Notes under the pieces: model-generated
Told to the model about the DNA's origin: nothing
The model's input: only the letters and a program-made list of their open reading frames with translations
The model's database searches: none
IMG/VR virus record: IMGVR_UViG_3300044967_000005
Source of the DNA: a virus
Strand: one strand, 5' to 3'
Length of the DNA: 64,000 nucleotides
Position numbers and translations under genes: made by a program
Shown here: piece after piece, positions 8,808 to 18,137 of the stretch
Layout: each line of letters starts with the position of its first letter
Position numbering within the stretch: position 1 is the stretch's first letter

Positions 8808-9061
8808 ACCGTTTCAACCTCTTCCTTGTAGAATTCTCTAACATGGTTATAAGTGAAGTGAACCGTGTCACCGTGTTCTAAAGACTGAATGGCTATTGGG
8901 TCGTTACTAAGCGTTCCCACAAGGTTATCACCGTCAACCTCCGTGACCTTTACCCACATGCCTTCAACTTCCTTATGTTCAGTAAAGACTAGCTTTGCAT
9001 ACATGCCTACCTTAACAGTAGTTGTTAAATCGTCGCCAGTTGGCACAATCAATTTGTACAT
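8804..9061 (-). CDS. DUF2314/YegJ-like small beta protein
   Basis: EGMWVKVTEVDGDNLVGTLSNDP matches the E-x-M-W-V...G-x-L-x-N-x-P pattern. Confidence 0.65.
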   Translation of the reverse strand: MYKLIVPTGDDLTTTVKVGMYAKLVFTEHKEVEGMWVKVTEVDGDNLVGTLSNDPIAIQSLEHGDTVHFTYNHVREFYKEEVETV

Positions 9062-9075
9062 GGTCTGTTTCCCCC

Positions 9076-9366
9076 TTATTTGATTACATCTATATCAACA
9101 ATATTGTCCCACACTTCATTCTTATAATCGTCCTTATCGTAGGTAACTTTGATCCTCGTTCCTACCTCCACGTCTTTGAGCAAGTCATACCCTTTGTAGG
9201 TTTCATCTAGGTAAATGCCTTCACCCGTGATTTCAGAGGTTGAGATTAATCCTCCGCGAATCTCACCATTCGCGTTTTCAGTAATCTCAAACTCTTCATA
9301 GACAAACTCGTTCGTGTATTGGCAAGCCGACATCGACAAGACTGCGAATAATAAGATTTTTTTCAT
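9076..9366 (-). CDS. Putative lipoprotein
   Basis: MKKILLFAVLSMSAC: signal peptide with lipobox-like SAC. Confidence 0.65.
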   Translation of the reverse strand: MKKILLFAVLSMSACQYTNEFVYEEFEITENANGEIRGGLISTSEITGEGIYLDETYKGYDLLKDVEVGTRIKVTYDKDDYKNEVWDNIVDIDVIK

Positions 9367-9836
9367 CAGAACAACCCACGGTCTTTCAAGCTAACAAATG
9401 TATCGTCACCAATAATGATATGGTCTAACACGTCGATGCCTAGAATCTGACCGCACTCATAAAGTCGTTTGGTTACTTCAATATCTTCGGGTGAAGGTTG
9501 AGGATTTCCACTTGGATGATTGTGACAAACAATTATGCTTGAAGCGTTCGTCAAAATCGCTCGTTGAAAGATGTCTTTCGGATTGACGATACTCGAATTA
9601 GTTGTACCAATGTGAACCGTGAAAGCACCTGCAATTTGATTCTTTGTATCAAGTGCCAGCATCACGAACTTTTCTTGTGGGCTACTTGAAAGGTTAAAGA
9701 TGTTTTCAAACGCGCGGTAGCAATCTCTTGGTGATTTAACTTGCGTGACGTCTCCGAATTCGATACGCATTGATTTTTCTTTAACTAAGTTAATGTTGTA
9801 ATACGTGATATTTTTTGCCATTTTAATTTCCTCCAA
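9366..9836 (-). CDS. RadC-like JAB/MPN domain protein
   Basis: E..., HNHPSGNPQPSPED, LDHIIIG motifs. Confidence 0.92.
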   Translation of the reverse strand: MEEIKMAKNITYYNINLVKEKSMRIEFGDVTQVKSPRDCYRAFENIFNLSSSPQEKFVMLALDTKNQIAGAFTVHIGTTNSSIVNPKDIFQRAILTNASSIIVCHNHPSGNPQPSPEDIEVTKRLYECGQILGIDVLDHIIIGDDTFVSLKDRGLF

Positions 9837-9861
9837 TTTAGTTGTTTCCCTAGCTTATGAC

Positions 9862-9876
9862 AGAACAGACTGTTCT
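9862..9876. promoter_or_regulatory. Operator copy 2
   Basis: AGAACAGACTGTTCT upstream of the RadC-like gene. Confidence 0.75.
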
Positions 9877-9896
9877 CATACATACAAATAAAAAAA

Positions 9897-10139
9897 TTAT
9901 ATAAGCCTGACGCTTCCTTGTCCGTGACGTGTTCGATAGTTCATCACGATTACATGACCGTCTTTCACGATGCTAGTTAATGTTGCACCACCACCACGTT
10001 TACAAATCTTTTTGTAAGCTGACTGTAATCTAAACGCTCTATAAAGATTATCTTCAATTACGATTACTTCATGTTTCAACCATTTTTTCTTAACGTTCAA
10101 TGCTTGGATAAACGAATCTGTTATTTCCATGCGACACAC
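9897..10139 (-). CDS. Hypothetical protein
   Basis: AAAGGAG RBS, operon position. Confidence 0.55.
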   Translation of the reverse strand: MCRMEITDSFIQALNVKKKWLKHEVIVIEDNLYRAFRLQSAYKKICKRGGGATLTSIVKDGHVIVMNYRTRHGQGSVRLI

Positions 10140-10426
10140 TCCTTTGGTTCACAGATAGTTAGGTTCTCTTTCTCTAAAACCGTAGCAATCAATTCCTGTT
10201 CAAGCGTTTCAGCAAGCTGGATCGCTTCTCTTTCAACTTTTGCACTCTTACGAGCAACTTGTAGCACCAATTTAGTTACTCCACTGAATAATAGGTAACT
10301 AATGCTTCCCTCACCTCTTGTGACAGGTGTAACCGACAAGTAATAACCTCTCACGCGACTATCACGATGGTATGAAACCTCAACTTGTAACTCTTGGCCG
10401 TTTGTTAATGGGATATACTTTTTCAT
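10121..10426 (-). CDS. Hypothetical protein (start MKKYIPL)
   Basis: GGAGG RBS downstream of an operator-containing promoter. Confidence 0.65.
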   Translation of the reverse strand: MKKYIPLTNGQELQVEVSYHRDSRVRGYYLSVTPVTRGEGSISYLLFSGVTKLVLQVARKSAKVEREAIQLAETLEQELIATVLEKENLTICEPKECVAWK

Positions 10427-10468
10427 TTCTTCATTCCTCCGTTTGTAGGTAATAGCAATAGTATATTC

Positions 10469-10483
10469 AGAACACTTTGTTCT
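10469..10483. promoter_or_regulatory. Operator copy 3
   Basis: AGAACACTTTGTTCT. Confidence 0.75.
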
Positions 10484-10513
10484 TATACACATAAAAAAAG
10501 ACTTCCAGGGAAG

Positions 10514-10753
10514 TCACGTTCTTTTGTGCTGAATACCAGTTTTCATGATTTCTTGAACTTCTAGTAAAAAACTTCTTTTCAATTTATTGCTTACTGGTAA
10601 TAGGGATCGGAATCCTTTATTGCGAACAGAAAAATCAACTTCAACACCAGTACCCCAATAACTTTCCATGTACGTTATTTTTTTATCATCTTTTTCAAAA
10701 TAATAAGAGTGAAAGTTCTTATCTTTTCTTTTCTTAATAAATTTCATTTTCAT
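10514..10753 (-). CDS. Hypothetical basic protein
   Basis: GGAGG RBS; overlaps upstream stop. Confidence 0.6.
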   Translation of the reverse strand: MKMKFIKKRKDKNFHSYYFEKDDKKITYMESYWGTGVEVDFSVRNKGFRSLLPVSNKLKRSFLLEVQEIMKTGIQHKRT

Positions 10754-10950
10754 ACCCAGTCAACCTCCAATAAGAAAACCTGTTCACACTGACCACAAAC
10801 ATAATGACCTTTCCATTCACCTGCATTTGGTTCCATTTCGATTCCTTTTTCATTACATGAGTGAAACCCACTATCCGTTACAGTGTTGCCACATTCACAT
10901 TCAAAGTCATCACCGAACATATCACTTCTTACCTGGACAATCTCATTCAT
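10750..10950 (-). CDS. Small zinc-ribbon protein
   Basis: CECGN...GFHSC...CGQC; AGGAGG RBS. Confidence 0.7.
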   Translation of the reverse strand: MNEIVQVRSDMFGDDFECECGNTVTDSGFHSCNEKGIEMEPNAGEWKGHYVCGQCEQVFLLEVDWV

Positions 10951-10993
10951 TGTTCTTTCCTCCTGTTTGTTTGTATTACTTGCATTATATGAC

Positions 10994-11008
10994 AGAACAA
11001 ACTGTTCT
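10994..11008. promoter_or_regulatory. Operator copy 4
   Basis: AGAACAAACTGTTCT. Confidence 0.75.
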
Positions 11009-11024
11009 TATACATATAAAAAAA

Positions 11025-11600
11025 CTACCCGAAGGTAGCTTCTTTCGCTCGTCTCTTTCTCGCTTCTCTTACTAATGTGCTTTTCGATATGCCTGTCAAT
11101 GCTTCTACCTGGGTATATGAATGGTCTTTCAATTGGTCTACAGCGTGTTCAATCTGCTTCTTGGTGAACTTCTTCTTTCTACCTTCTCTATAATCAGGCT
11201 TCAATCTTGCGACGGCTTTTCCTTCTGCCATTCGGTCTGCAATCATGTTTCTTTCTAATTCAGCGACCGCCAGCAATGTTTGTAAGAAGAATCGGCCGAT
11301 CGTTGTATCTTCCAACATGCCAATATTCATAACGTGAACTTTGACACCCTTCTCAAACAACTCACGGATGACCTTAATGCCCTCTTCTGTATTCCGTGCC
11401 AATCGGTCAAGCTTTGTGACAACAAGCGTGTCACCCTTCTTTAAAACGCCGAGAACCTTCATAAACTCAGGGCGATTCATTTTCGCTCCTGTAAACTTCT
11501 CCGAATAGATGACTTCACAACCTTCTTCCTTCAAAGCAGCAAGTTGTGAATCTAATTCCTGTCCCATTGACGATACCCGTCCATAACCTACTTTTTTCAT
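11025..11600 (-). CDS. Small serine recombinase (resolvase/invertase family)
   Basis: GYGRVSS catalytic Ser, [18 protein letters not shown]-terminal HTH; 191 aa, no large-serine-integrase domains. Confidence 0.95.
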   Translation of the reverse strand: MKKVGYGRVSSMGQELDSQLAALKEEGCEVIYSEKFTGAKMNRPEFMKVLGVLKKGDTLVVTKLDRLARNTEEGIKVIRELFEKGVKVHVMNIGMLEDTTIGRFFLQTLLAVAELERNMIADRMAEGKAVARLKPDYREGRKKKFTKKQIEHAVDQLKDHSYTQVEALTGISKSTLVREARKRRAKEATFG

Positions 11601-11775
11601 TATTCTTCCTCCTAATCATGTTAGAATAGAAGCCGCAGTGAAAAACTGCGACACATGTAAAAAAACCTGTAACAAAACTCCGCGTATCGGAAAATACGCG
11701 GTTTTATTCATTTCATTGCTAACGCTTGGATAACGATTCGCGCGTTTTCACTATCCAAAGAAGAGAAAATGTTAT

Positions 11776-11979
11776 CTATTGTTGTGTGACTTGGACTTGC
11801 GAATTTACAATGTATGTCGCTATTGCTTCCACAAAGCGTTCTGCCGTATCGTCATAGGCTAACGTAATTCTGTTTTTATTAGCGTAGTTATTCACCAATT
11901 TGTACATCTCGTCTACATGCTTCTTCATTTCTTGGTTGTTTTCCTCAAAGTTGTCATAGTTCGTTCTCCATGAAACCAT
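11776..11979 (-). CDS. Hypothetical protein (start MVSWRT)
   Basis: GAAGGTG RBS; preceded by TTGACA-17-TATTCT promoter with operator. Confidence 0.65.
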   Translation of the reverse strand: MVSWRTNYDNFEENNQEMKKHVDEMYKLVNNYANKNRITLAYDDTAERFVEAIATYIVNSQVQVTQQ

Positions 11980-12016
11980 TTCGTCACCTTCCTTTTCAGT
12001 ATTATATGTAGAATAC

Positions 12017-12031
12017 AGAACAAAATGTTCT
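12017..12031. promoter_or_regulatory. Operator copy 5
   Basis: AGAACAAAATGTTCT between TTGACA and TATTCT (minus strand). Confidence 0.8.
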
Positions 12032-12054
12032 GTGTCAAACAATAAAAAAAGGAA

Positions 12055-12333
12055 TCACTTGGTAGGATTCCTGTCTAATGTGAGCAATTCATTTTTTAGT
12101 CGGTCAATCGTGAAATCAGAATAGATATACAACCAATGCTCTAACTCGTTAGGAATACCTTCTTTTACTTCCCCACTCTTCTTCTTACGTTCAAACTCTT
12201 CATACTTCAACTTTGCGAGTTCTCTTAACAATACGTGCTTACGATTCGTTTTGGTTCCACTACCTCTTTTACCAGGCGTTGACCTCATAACTTTACCTGT
12301 ATGGAATTTGTGGTCGTTCATGAGCGTACCCAC
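12055..12333 (-). CDS. Hypothetical basic protein
   Basis: Operon-coupled ORF. Confidence 0.6.
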   Translation of the reverse strand: MGTLMNDHKFHTGKVMRSTPGKRGSGTKTNRKHVLLRELAKLKYEEFERKKKSGEVKEGIPNELEHWLYIYSDFTIDRLKNELLTLDRNPTK

Positions 12334-12783
12334 TCTTTGTTCTTGAAACGGATCACGACAACCTCTTGCCCTGATTTCGATTCAAGCAGCTTCTTACGTA
12401 ATGGGAAGTCTCTTTCTACCGGGCCACCTTTTACGTCCACTATTTCATACGAGCCATCTTGAAATAAAACTTTAAAGTCTGCGGTGTATTTTGCCCCCGC
12501 CTTCATTCTTGCCCCTTCTCCAGCGCATAGACGGCATTTGTTATAGTTGCTTGTCCTAACATTCAAAATCGTCCCAAGCCCCTTACATCGACTGCAAACC
12601 ACCTTGTATGGCTTTATAATCTGATACTCGGGTTGTAACTCGATATGACGAATGGAATCATCTTTTTCAAGATGCTTGTAATAGTTGGCTTCTGTTTGTG
12701 AATCAAACAGTATGCCCTTGTACTCGGTTTGGATAGAACGTCCTTTAGCAACACGCTTTTTGAAAAATCCGCGTCTAGTCATT
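12318..12783 (-). CDS. DUF1064-family PD-(D/E)XK nuclease with inserted zinc finger
   Basis: FDSQTEANYY, LQPEY, YTADF, IVDVKG; CSRCKGLG...CRLCAGEG insert; start MTRRG assumed. Confidence 0.8.
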
Positions 12784-12912
12784 AGGCATGTCCATGAATC
12801 GGTCATATTCTAAACCAAGACGCTCGTTATCCATTGAGTTGAAATAGCTTTCCCCTTTGCCAGTCATGACAACTAACATGTCGATAATGTTGTGTCGTTC
12901 TTCGTTCGTCAT
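12775..12912 (-). CDS. 45-aa hypothetical protein MTNEERHNIIDMLVVM... (not in track)
   Basis: Fills the gap between two genes with overlapping start/stop; GGGGTG RBS. Confidence 0.55.
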   Translation of the reverse strand: MTNEERHNIIDMLVVMTGKGESYFNSMDNERLGLEYDRFMDMPND

Positions 12913-13178
12913 ACCATCACCCCAAACAATCCAGTCGGGCGTCGCTCCAGTCGTTCTTCTTCTCCCATTTCGAGGAGGAGTATCATTACGTCTATTGGGT
13001 TACGATTAAACTTCTTCGCGATCCCTTCAACGCTTATGCCTTCGTCCCACATCACTAAGAATCGCTCAACGTTGCTTTTATCCCAAGCGAAACTAACTGT
13101 TTCGGAATCAATAAAGCAGATATGTTGTTCTTCAAAGTTGTATTTGGCGGTGTTTCGGTTGGCAATCCCCTTTGCCAT
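12909..13178 (-). CDS. Small HTH-like phage protein
   Basis: MWDEGISVEGIAKKFNRNPIDV helix-turn-helix-like. Confidence 0.65.
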   Translation of the reverse strand: MAKGIANRNTAKYNFEEQHICFIDSETVSFAWDKSNVERFLVMWDEGISVEGIAKKFNRNPIDVMILLLEMGEEERLERRPTGLFGVMV

Positions 13179-13182
13179 AACC

Positions 13183-13338
13183 TTACGCCGTCCCTTGCTT
13201 TAAAACTAATATGCCGTGCATGTCAATTAAGTCTGCCAGGCAAGATGAATCGCATACATACCCATCGTTTACTCCAAACGCTTCATCCATGTTTTCAATA
13301 TCCCAACCACAACAAACACATACCTCTTTGCCCTTCAT
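13183..13338 (-). CDS. 51-aa Cys-rich protein MKGKEVCVCCG... (not in track)
   Basis: AAGGGGG RBS; CVCC...CDSSC. Confidence 0.6.
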   Translation of the reverse strand: MKGKEVCVCCGWDIENMDEAFGVNDGYVCDSSCLADLIDMHGILVLKQGTA

Positions 13339-13350
13339 GTAATTTCCCCC

Positions 13351-13632
13351 TTACACGAACGTGTCTACCCCTAGAATCGTTTGAATGTCATGATAACGTT
13401 GCCTAACCGTTCTCTCTTTGCGAGCCATAATAACCATCGTGATACGGTAAATTTGCGCTTCCAATTCGCGGTTCGTATCTCGTAGTTGTGCGACCTCTTT
13501 TTTTAGCTTGATATGCTCCTCGGCATATTTCACTAAAAAAGCAAGATTCGCTTCGCTAATGTCTCTTTTACTCGCGAATGGGTTGTCCTCAACAAATTGA
13601 CGTAACGCGTCCAGGCGTTCTCTCTCTTTCAC
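13351..13632 (-). CDS. Hypothetical coiled-coil protein
   Basis: AGGGGG RBS, GTG start. Confidence 0.65.
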   Translation of the reverse strand: MKERERLDALRQFVEDNPFASKRDISEANLAFLVKYAEEHIKLKKEVAQLRDTNRELEAQIYRITMVIMARKERTVRQRYHDIQTILGVDTFV

Positions 13633-13645
13633 CGACGGTTCCCCC

Positions 13646-14323
13646 CTAGCTTCGCAACAGTTCTAAACCCCACTCTTGGTTCGCTATGAAATCGCGTAAC
13701 TTCTTGATTGATTTCTTTTCAGTCCGTGCGATATGCGATTGAGAACAGGCGAACAAATTCCCTAGTTCTTGTTGTGTCTTTCGTTCACCTTTCGGCAGCA
13801 AGTAGTTTTTCAATACGGCAAATTCAAGGTCAGACAAAATCTTGGAACAGATAGTCAACAAATCTTTAAAAACTTGTTTACCCAAGAAATCATGCTCAAC
13901 CTTGACTGTGCGGTCTTCTAAACTTTCGAGCCACGTCGAGGATTTACCAGGTGACATTTCCTGATTCAACGATAATGGCGCTTGTGTAGCAGTCCTTTTT
14001 TGGCGGTTAGCCTTGCGAAACATTTCAGTAATCTCGTTATCCATCACGTACCAGGCGTATGTGGCAAAAGATGACTTCGTGTGGTCATAAGACCTAACGG
14101 CTAAAAATAGTGCGGCAGTGGCAACAGCTTCAATATCGTCCTCGTCTATACTTATGTGTCTATAGCTTTTGCTTTTATGCAAGGCGAGGTTAATATTTAT
14201 TAAAATAATTTCATTTTCCAAAAAAATCTTCTCATTCTCGTCTGAAGTATTTCTATGTTGTCTGAATAATTCTGCTGTTTGCGCCTTGATTGACGCGATC
14301 TCTGTTGCCCCCACTGTAGCCAC
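13646..14323 (-). CDS. Phage RNA polymerase sigma factor (sigma-70 family, sporulation-sigma-like)
   Basis: Region 2 NINLA...LFLAVRSYD..KSSFATYAWYVMDNEI; region 4 KTQQELGNLFACSQSHIARTEKKSIKKLR. Confidence 0.9.
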   Translation of the reverse strand: MATVGATEIASIKAQTAELFRQHRNTSDENEKIFLENEIILININLALHKSKSYRHISIDEDDIEAVATAALFLAVRSYDHTKSSFATYAWYVMDNEITEMFRKANRQKRTATQAPLSLNQEMSPGKSSTWLESLEDRTVKVEHDFLGKQVFKDLLTICSKILSDLEFAVLKNYLLPKGERKTQQELGNLFACSQSHIARTEKKSIKKLRDFIANQEWGLELLRS

Positions 14324-14512
14324 TCCCCATTCAAGCTTTCCCCAAAGCCGTCAAACGGGTTCTATCTCTTTTCAAGACGCCACTTGCACAATATTTCCAA
14401 TGCTTCGCGCTGGATGAGTAATATTTGTTTCAACCGATAAACCATTAGCATAAGCCCCACAATGGCGATGTTTTGTATCAAATCCCCTAACAAGTCCATG
14501 AGTTATCCCCCA

Positions 14513-14761
14513 TCAAACAAATGTCGCTACAATATTCGGATCATCCTCTGCATATGGTTCCACATAAACCATGTGCAATGGGATGGCTTTTTTAATTTCT
14601 TCCAGGCTTTTTTCCACCACCGCATACGGCGTTGCAACGTTTAAATCCCACAATCTTGCAACATAGTCGTTTGGATAGTCAGACGGATTTTTATACACCA
14701 CGATTAACGGCATTTGAAGCACAGGAATACCCTCAAAAGTTCCAACTTCGATAGTGTTCAA
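14513..14761 (-). CDS. Hypothetical protein
   Basis: VVYKNPSDYPNDYVARLW; AAGGGGG RBS, TTG start. Confidence 0.7.
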   Translation of the reverse strand: MNTIEVGTFEGIPVLQMPLIVVYKNPSDYPNDYVARLWDLNVATPYAVVEKSLEEIKKAIPLHMVYVEPYAEDDPNIVATFV

Positions 14762-14764
14762 AGC

Positions 14765-15595
14765 TTAAACCCCCTTGTTTTTGTTGTATTGGTAATACCC
14801 TGGTGACACACGTTCAATTCTTGGTTCCTGTTTCAACACGCGGTTGAAAATGTTGCCTGTGAAATTCTTTTTTTCTATTTCGTAAGCCGATATTCTCAAC
14901 AATTCTTTATAAATATCATCAGCTTTCACAGGTCTGCCAGCTTCTTTTAAAATATTAGTGATAAAGAAAATGGCTTCTTTGGTTTTCAATCCACTCATTT
15001 TTCTTACTGTGTTCTCTTGGCCTTTAGGTCTGCCAACAGGTCGTGGCTCTTTGTCTTTCGTTTCTTCGACTAGCGCTTTTGGAACCACGTTTTCAACAGG
15101 TGCAACATAGTCAGACTTCTTCGCAGCATTTTCTTCTTCCAGGCGCATTGCTACTTGTTGAGATTCCTGTAACGCTTGGTCAATCAAGGCTTGTTCTTCT
15201 TGTTCTGCTAATTCTCTTTCTTTCTTTTCCCAGGCTATTATGCGGTCACGCTTTTCAACTTCTGCTTTCGCTCTTGCTGCTCGATCCTCGGCTCCACGTT
15301 CAAGTGTTGCGGCTATTTGGTCATAGCGTGGTGCTTGCAATTGTTTTTCTTCACGTCGAGCGACGGCATGTTGGACTTCTCGGTGCATATTCGCTATTTT
15401 TTGTTGTGTTTCCGTGTCGTTAAACAAGTCAATAAACCCTTTGGTAGACAATTCCCCTATGCCTTTTTCTTCAAGCTTATTCAAGGCGTCTACACGTTCT
15501 TTTAGACTAAAATATTGGTCTGTTAATTTACGTCTTTCCTCGGTAATGTCCTTCATCATGCCGTATAAAAATACCTTTTCGTCTGCAATATTCAA
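14765..15595 (-). CDS. Rok-like protein (N-terminal coiled coil, C-terminal winged helix)
   Basis: N-terminal oligomerisation-type helix; C-terminal ILKEAGRPV...IERVSPGYYQY winged helix; AT-hook-like GRPKG. Confidence 0.55.
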   Translation of the reverse strand: MNIADEKVFLYGMMKDITEERRKLTDQYFSLKERVDALNKLEEKGIGELSTKGFIDLFNDTETQQKIANMHREVQHAVARREEKQLQAPRYDQIAATLERGAEDRAARAKAEVEKRDRIIAWEKKERELAEQEEQALIDQALQESQQVAMRLEEENAAKKSDYVAPVENVVPKALVEETKDKEPRPVGRPKGQENTVRKMSGLKTKEAIFFITNILKEAGRPVKADDIYKELLRISAYEIEKKNFTGNIFNRVLKQEPRIERVSPGYYQYNKNKGV

Positions 15596-15630
15596 GTTAA
15601 GTTCCCCTTTTGCATTTTCTCAAAATGCCC

Positions 15631-16953
15631 TTATTTTTTCGCGATGTTCACGAACTTGGAAAATTCTTTTACGAACGCTAATGATACAGTCCCCACAGGA
15701 CCATTACGTTGCTTGGCGACAATGATTTCAACTAAATTTTTCGATTCACTCTCTTTGTCGTAATAATCATCACGGTACAAGAAAGCGATGACATCAGCAT
15801 CTTGTTCAAGTTGCCCACTCTCACGTAAATCTGAAAGCATCGGTCGCTTATCTTGACGCGATTCCACACCTCGGGAAAGTTGAGCTAATGCGATGATGGT
15901 CATATCCATTTCCCTAGCCAAACGCTTCAACGAACGGGATATGTCTGAAATTTCTTGTGTTCGGTTCCCCTTGTGTTTCGGATCGCCCTGAATGAGTTGC
16001 AAATAGTCAATCATCACGACTACATGTTGACCTGGGTATAAACGTTGCATAAGGCGTAATTTGTTGCGAATGAAAGCGATATTGATACCTGGGTCGTCAA
16101 ACATGTGCATCCTCAAATTCCCTAATTGGCCAAAGGCGTTCGTGCTTCTTGACCACTCTTCGTCCGTGAAGGAGTTTATCGGGTTAAACATGGATTGACC
16201 TTCGATGTGAGCGACGTTTGAAATCATACGCAAAGCGAGTGCGTGATTACGCATTTCCAGGCTAAACATAGCCACTGGACCACCGTGAACTTTATCCTCT
16301 GCATAGTTTAGGCAAGCGCCGACACTGAACGCCGTTTTCCCCATGCTTGGGCGTCCTCCGACTATGACTAAATCTTGTCTTTGCAAACCACTTGTCAATT
16401 TATCTAGGTCGCTAAAACCTGTTGGTGCGCCTGATATTTCACCGTGGTCAGTTTCCATCCATTCGGCAGTTTTAAGCAAGACTTTGCTGATATGTCCGTC
16501 ATCGTCGTCAAAGGTCTGTTCTTCGATGCGTGATAGGTTGTCCATCAAGTCCTCAACAACAGTCTCGGATTCATGTTCTACCGCGTCTGACAAAGCTTTC
16601 TGCAAGGCTTCAACAATCTTGCGTTGCTTGTAATTAGCCACAATCAAGTCCTGGTGGTGAACGAAACTTGAAGCTGAAAAGCCTGTTGTGTGTAATTCAA
16701 GTATGTACGATAAACCCCCAATTAGCGCGCTTTTTTTTACACCAACCTCTTCAAAAACTAAAACGGGATCAATGGGTTTCCCTTTTTCATCAAGCGATTC
16801 CATCGCCTTGAAAATTTCCTGGTGCTTTGGCATGAAGAAGTTTGCAGGAATCAATACAGTGTCTTTAATCAATTCGTTTTCTAGGAAAATTGCGCCAAGT
16901 ACGATTCTTTCCGATTCGATTTTTGCTGATAAACCTGTTGAAAAATCACTCAT
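15631..16953 (-). CDS. dnaB: Replicative DNA helicase
   Basis: GGRPSMGKT, FSLEM, IDYLQL, LAQLSR, DLRESGQLEQDAD, AKQRNGP. Confidence 0.97.
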   Translation of the reverse strand: MSDFSTGLSAKIESERIVLGAIFLENELIKDTVLIPANFFMPKHQEIFKAMESLDEKGKPIDPVLVFEEVGVKKSALIGGLSYILELHTTGFSASSFVHHQDLIVANYKQRKIVEALQKALSDAVEHESETVVEDLMDNLSRIEEQTFDDDDGHISKVLLKTAEWMETDHGEISGAPTGFSDLDKLTSGLQRQDLVIVGGRPSMGKTAFSVGACLNYAEDKVHGGPVAMFSLEMRNHALALRMISNVAHIEGQSMFNPINSFTDEEWSRSTNAFGQLGNLRMHMFDDPGINIAFIRNKLRLMQRLYPGQHVVVMIDYLQLIQGDPKHKGNRTQEISDISRSLKRLAREMDMTIIALAQLSRGVESRQDKRPMLSDLRESGQLEQDADVIAFLYRDDYYDKESESKNLVEIIVAKQRNGPVGTVSLAFVKEFSKFVNIAKK

Positions 16954-17314
16954 GTTTGTTCACGAACCCCTCTGCCAGCGCTTTTATCTTCGCTAATGCT
17001 TGTTCTTGAACTTCTTTGGTTGACACTTGTTTTTCGCCATATCCCTGTAAGAGCAATTGTGTTTCTTCGCCACTAGGTATATAACGGCTTCCGTGATTTT
17101 CTGAAACTTTTAACAAGTTCGCTAGAACAGGTGGAAACGTATTGCCGCTTTTTACATAGTCTGCAAGATTTTCAAGAACTGTATATAAATCATATTCTTG
17201 CAAAACCATTGTCCAGGCATCTATGGTTTCGTCCAAATCAATAATTTTAAAGTTCGGGTAATACATGGCGATTGTTTTTAATAATCGGCTCACTTCAACG
17301 TCATTCAATCTCAA
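16946..17314 (-). CDS. Helicase loader/inhibitor (SPP1 G39P-like)
   Basis: LLKTIAMYYPNF...W...L..Y......FPP; lies between initiator and helicase. Confidence 0.75.
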   Translation of the reverse strand: MRLNDVEVSRLLKTIAMYYPNFKIIDLDETIDAWTMVLQEYDLYTVLENLADYVKSGNTFPPVLANLLKVSENHGSRYIPSGEETQLLLQGYGEKQVSTKEVQEQALAKIKALAEGFVNKHE

Positions 17315-18137
17315 TCACTACTCCCTTTTGATTCGCTAGTCGTCGTTCAATTGCCCCGTCAAAGTCATGTTGTGGTTTTCTGTTGAACATCGGCAAGACG
17401 TTTCTGTTCGCTTTCTTCTCCGCGTCAAGGTGTATTTCCTCGTACCTGTCCCTAAACTTTGGGGCAGACCGTATATTTTCAGTTCCCCAAAAACCGCCTT
17501 GTGACCATCGGATATTACGCTCCACGATTTCGTCTGTATGGTCTTTGAAGTTGTTTCGCAAAATACGAAACTCATTTGCCCATTTAGTAAAATCAGGATC
17601 AATTGGCGGTTTAATTTTTGCTGCTCTAAGTTCGTAAAGCATGTGAGCATTTTTATAGTCGAGGTCGGAAGGTGAAACCTTCGGACTTTTCTTTAATTCT
17701 TTTAGTTCTTTAGTTCTTAAGTTCTTGATAGATGTTAGCTGACTGTTAGCTGACTGTTGGTTAGTCTGTTGGTCAACGTCATTTCTTTCTTCTTCTTCAT
17801 CGTCTAAACGTTGATATGACAACCAATTCACGATAGTTATTAATCTGTTTTGCTTTGTTGATTCGTCTGTTAGAAATCCGTACTTTTCAAAACGCACTAA
17901 AGCCGTTCTCACGTTCTGAATACTGATTCCTTTCCCTGCTTTTTTTACAATGTTTGGAAGGCTTGTAACAAATTGACCTGGTACTGCTTTGTATTTTTTT
18001 CCCTTCCATTCCCATTCAGTTTCTTTATGACTTGCCATTAATAACAAAGTCATCAAAATCTTTATTTGTTCTGGCGTCGATTCAAACCAAATTGGCTTGT
18101 CCAATAGTTCCCTGTGTAATTTTACCCACCCTGCCAT
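17301..18137 (-). CDS. Phage replication initiator / replisome organiser
   Basis: MAGWVKLHRELLDKPIW, GQFVTS, ITIVNWLSYQ, C-terminal FWGTENIRSAPKFR. Confidence 0.85.
   Translation of the reverse strand: MAGWVKLHRELLDKPIWFESTPEQIKILMTLLLMASHKETEWEWKGKKYKAVPGQFVTSLPNIVKKAGKGISIQNVRTALVRFEKYGFLTDESTKQNRLITIVNWLSYQRLDDEEEERNDVDQQTNQQSANSQLTSIKNLRTKELKELKKSPKVSPSDLDYKNAHMLYELRAAKIKPPIDPDFTKWANEFRILRNNFKDHTDEIVERNIRWSQGGFWGTENIRSAPKFRDRYEEIHLDAEKKANRNVLPMFNRKPQHDFDGAIERRLANQKGVVIEIE
17690..17776. repeat. Putative replication-origin iterons inside the initiator gene
   Basis: TGTTAGCTGAC x2, CTGTTGGT x2 and adjacent A/T-rich TTCTTTAG repeats in the initiator linker region. Confidence 0.55.

Noticed and set aside
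11025..11600. Serine recombinase as integrase or tail-fibre invertase
   Set aside because: Only 191 aa with no recombinase/zinc-ribbon domains; far from tail genes, and no invertible segment was seen.
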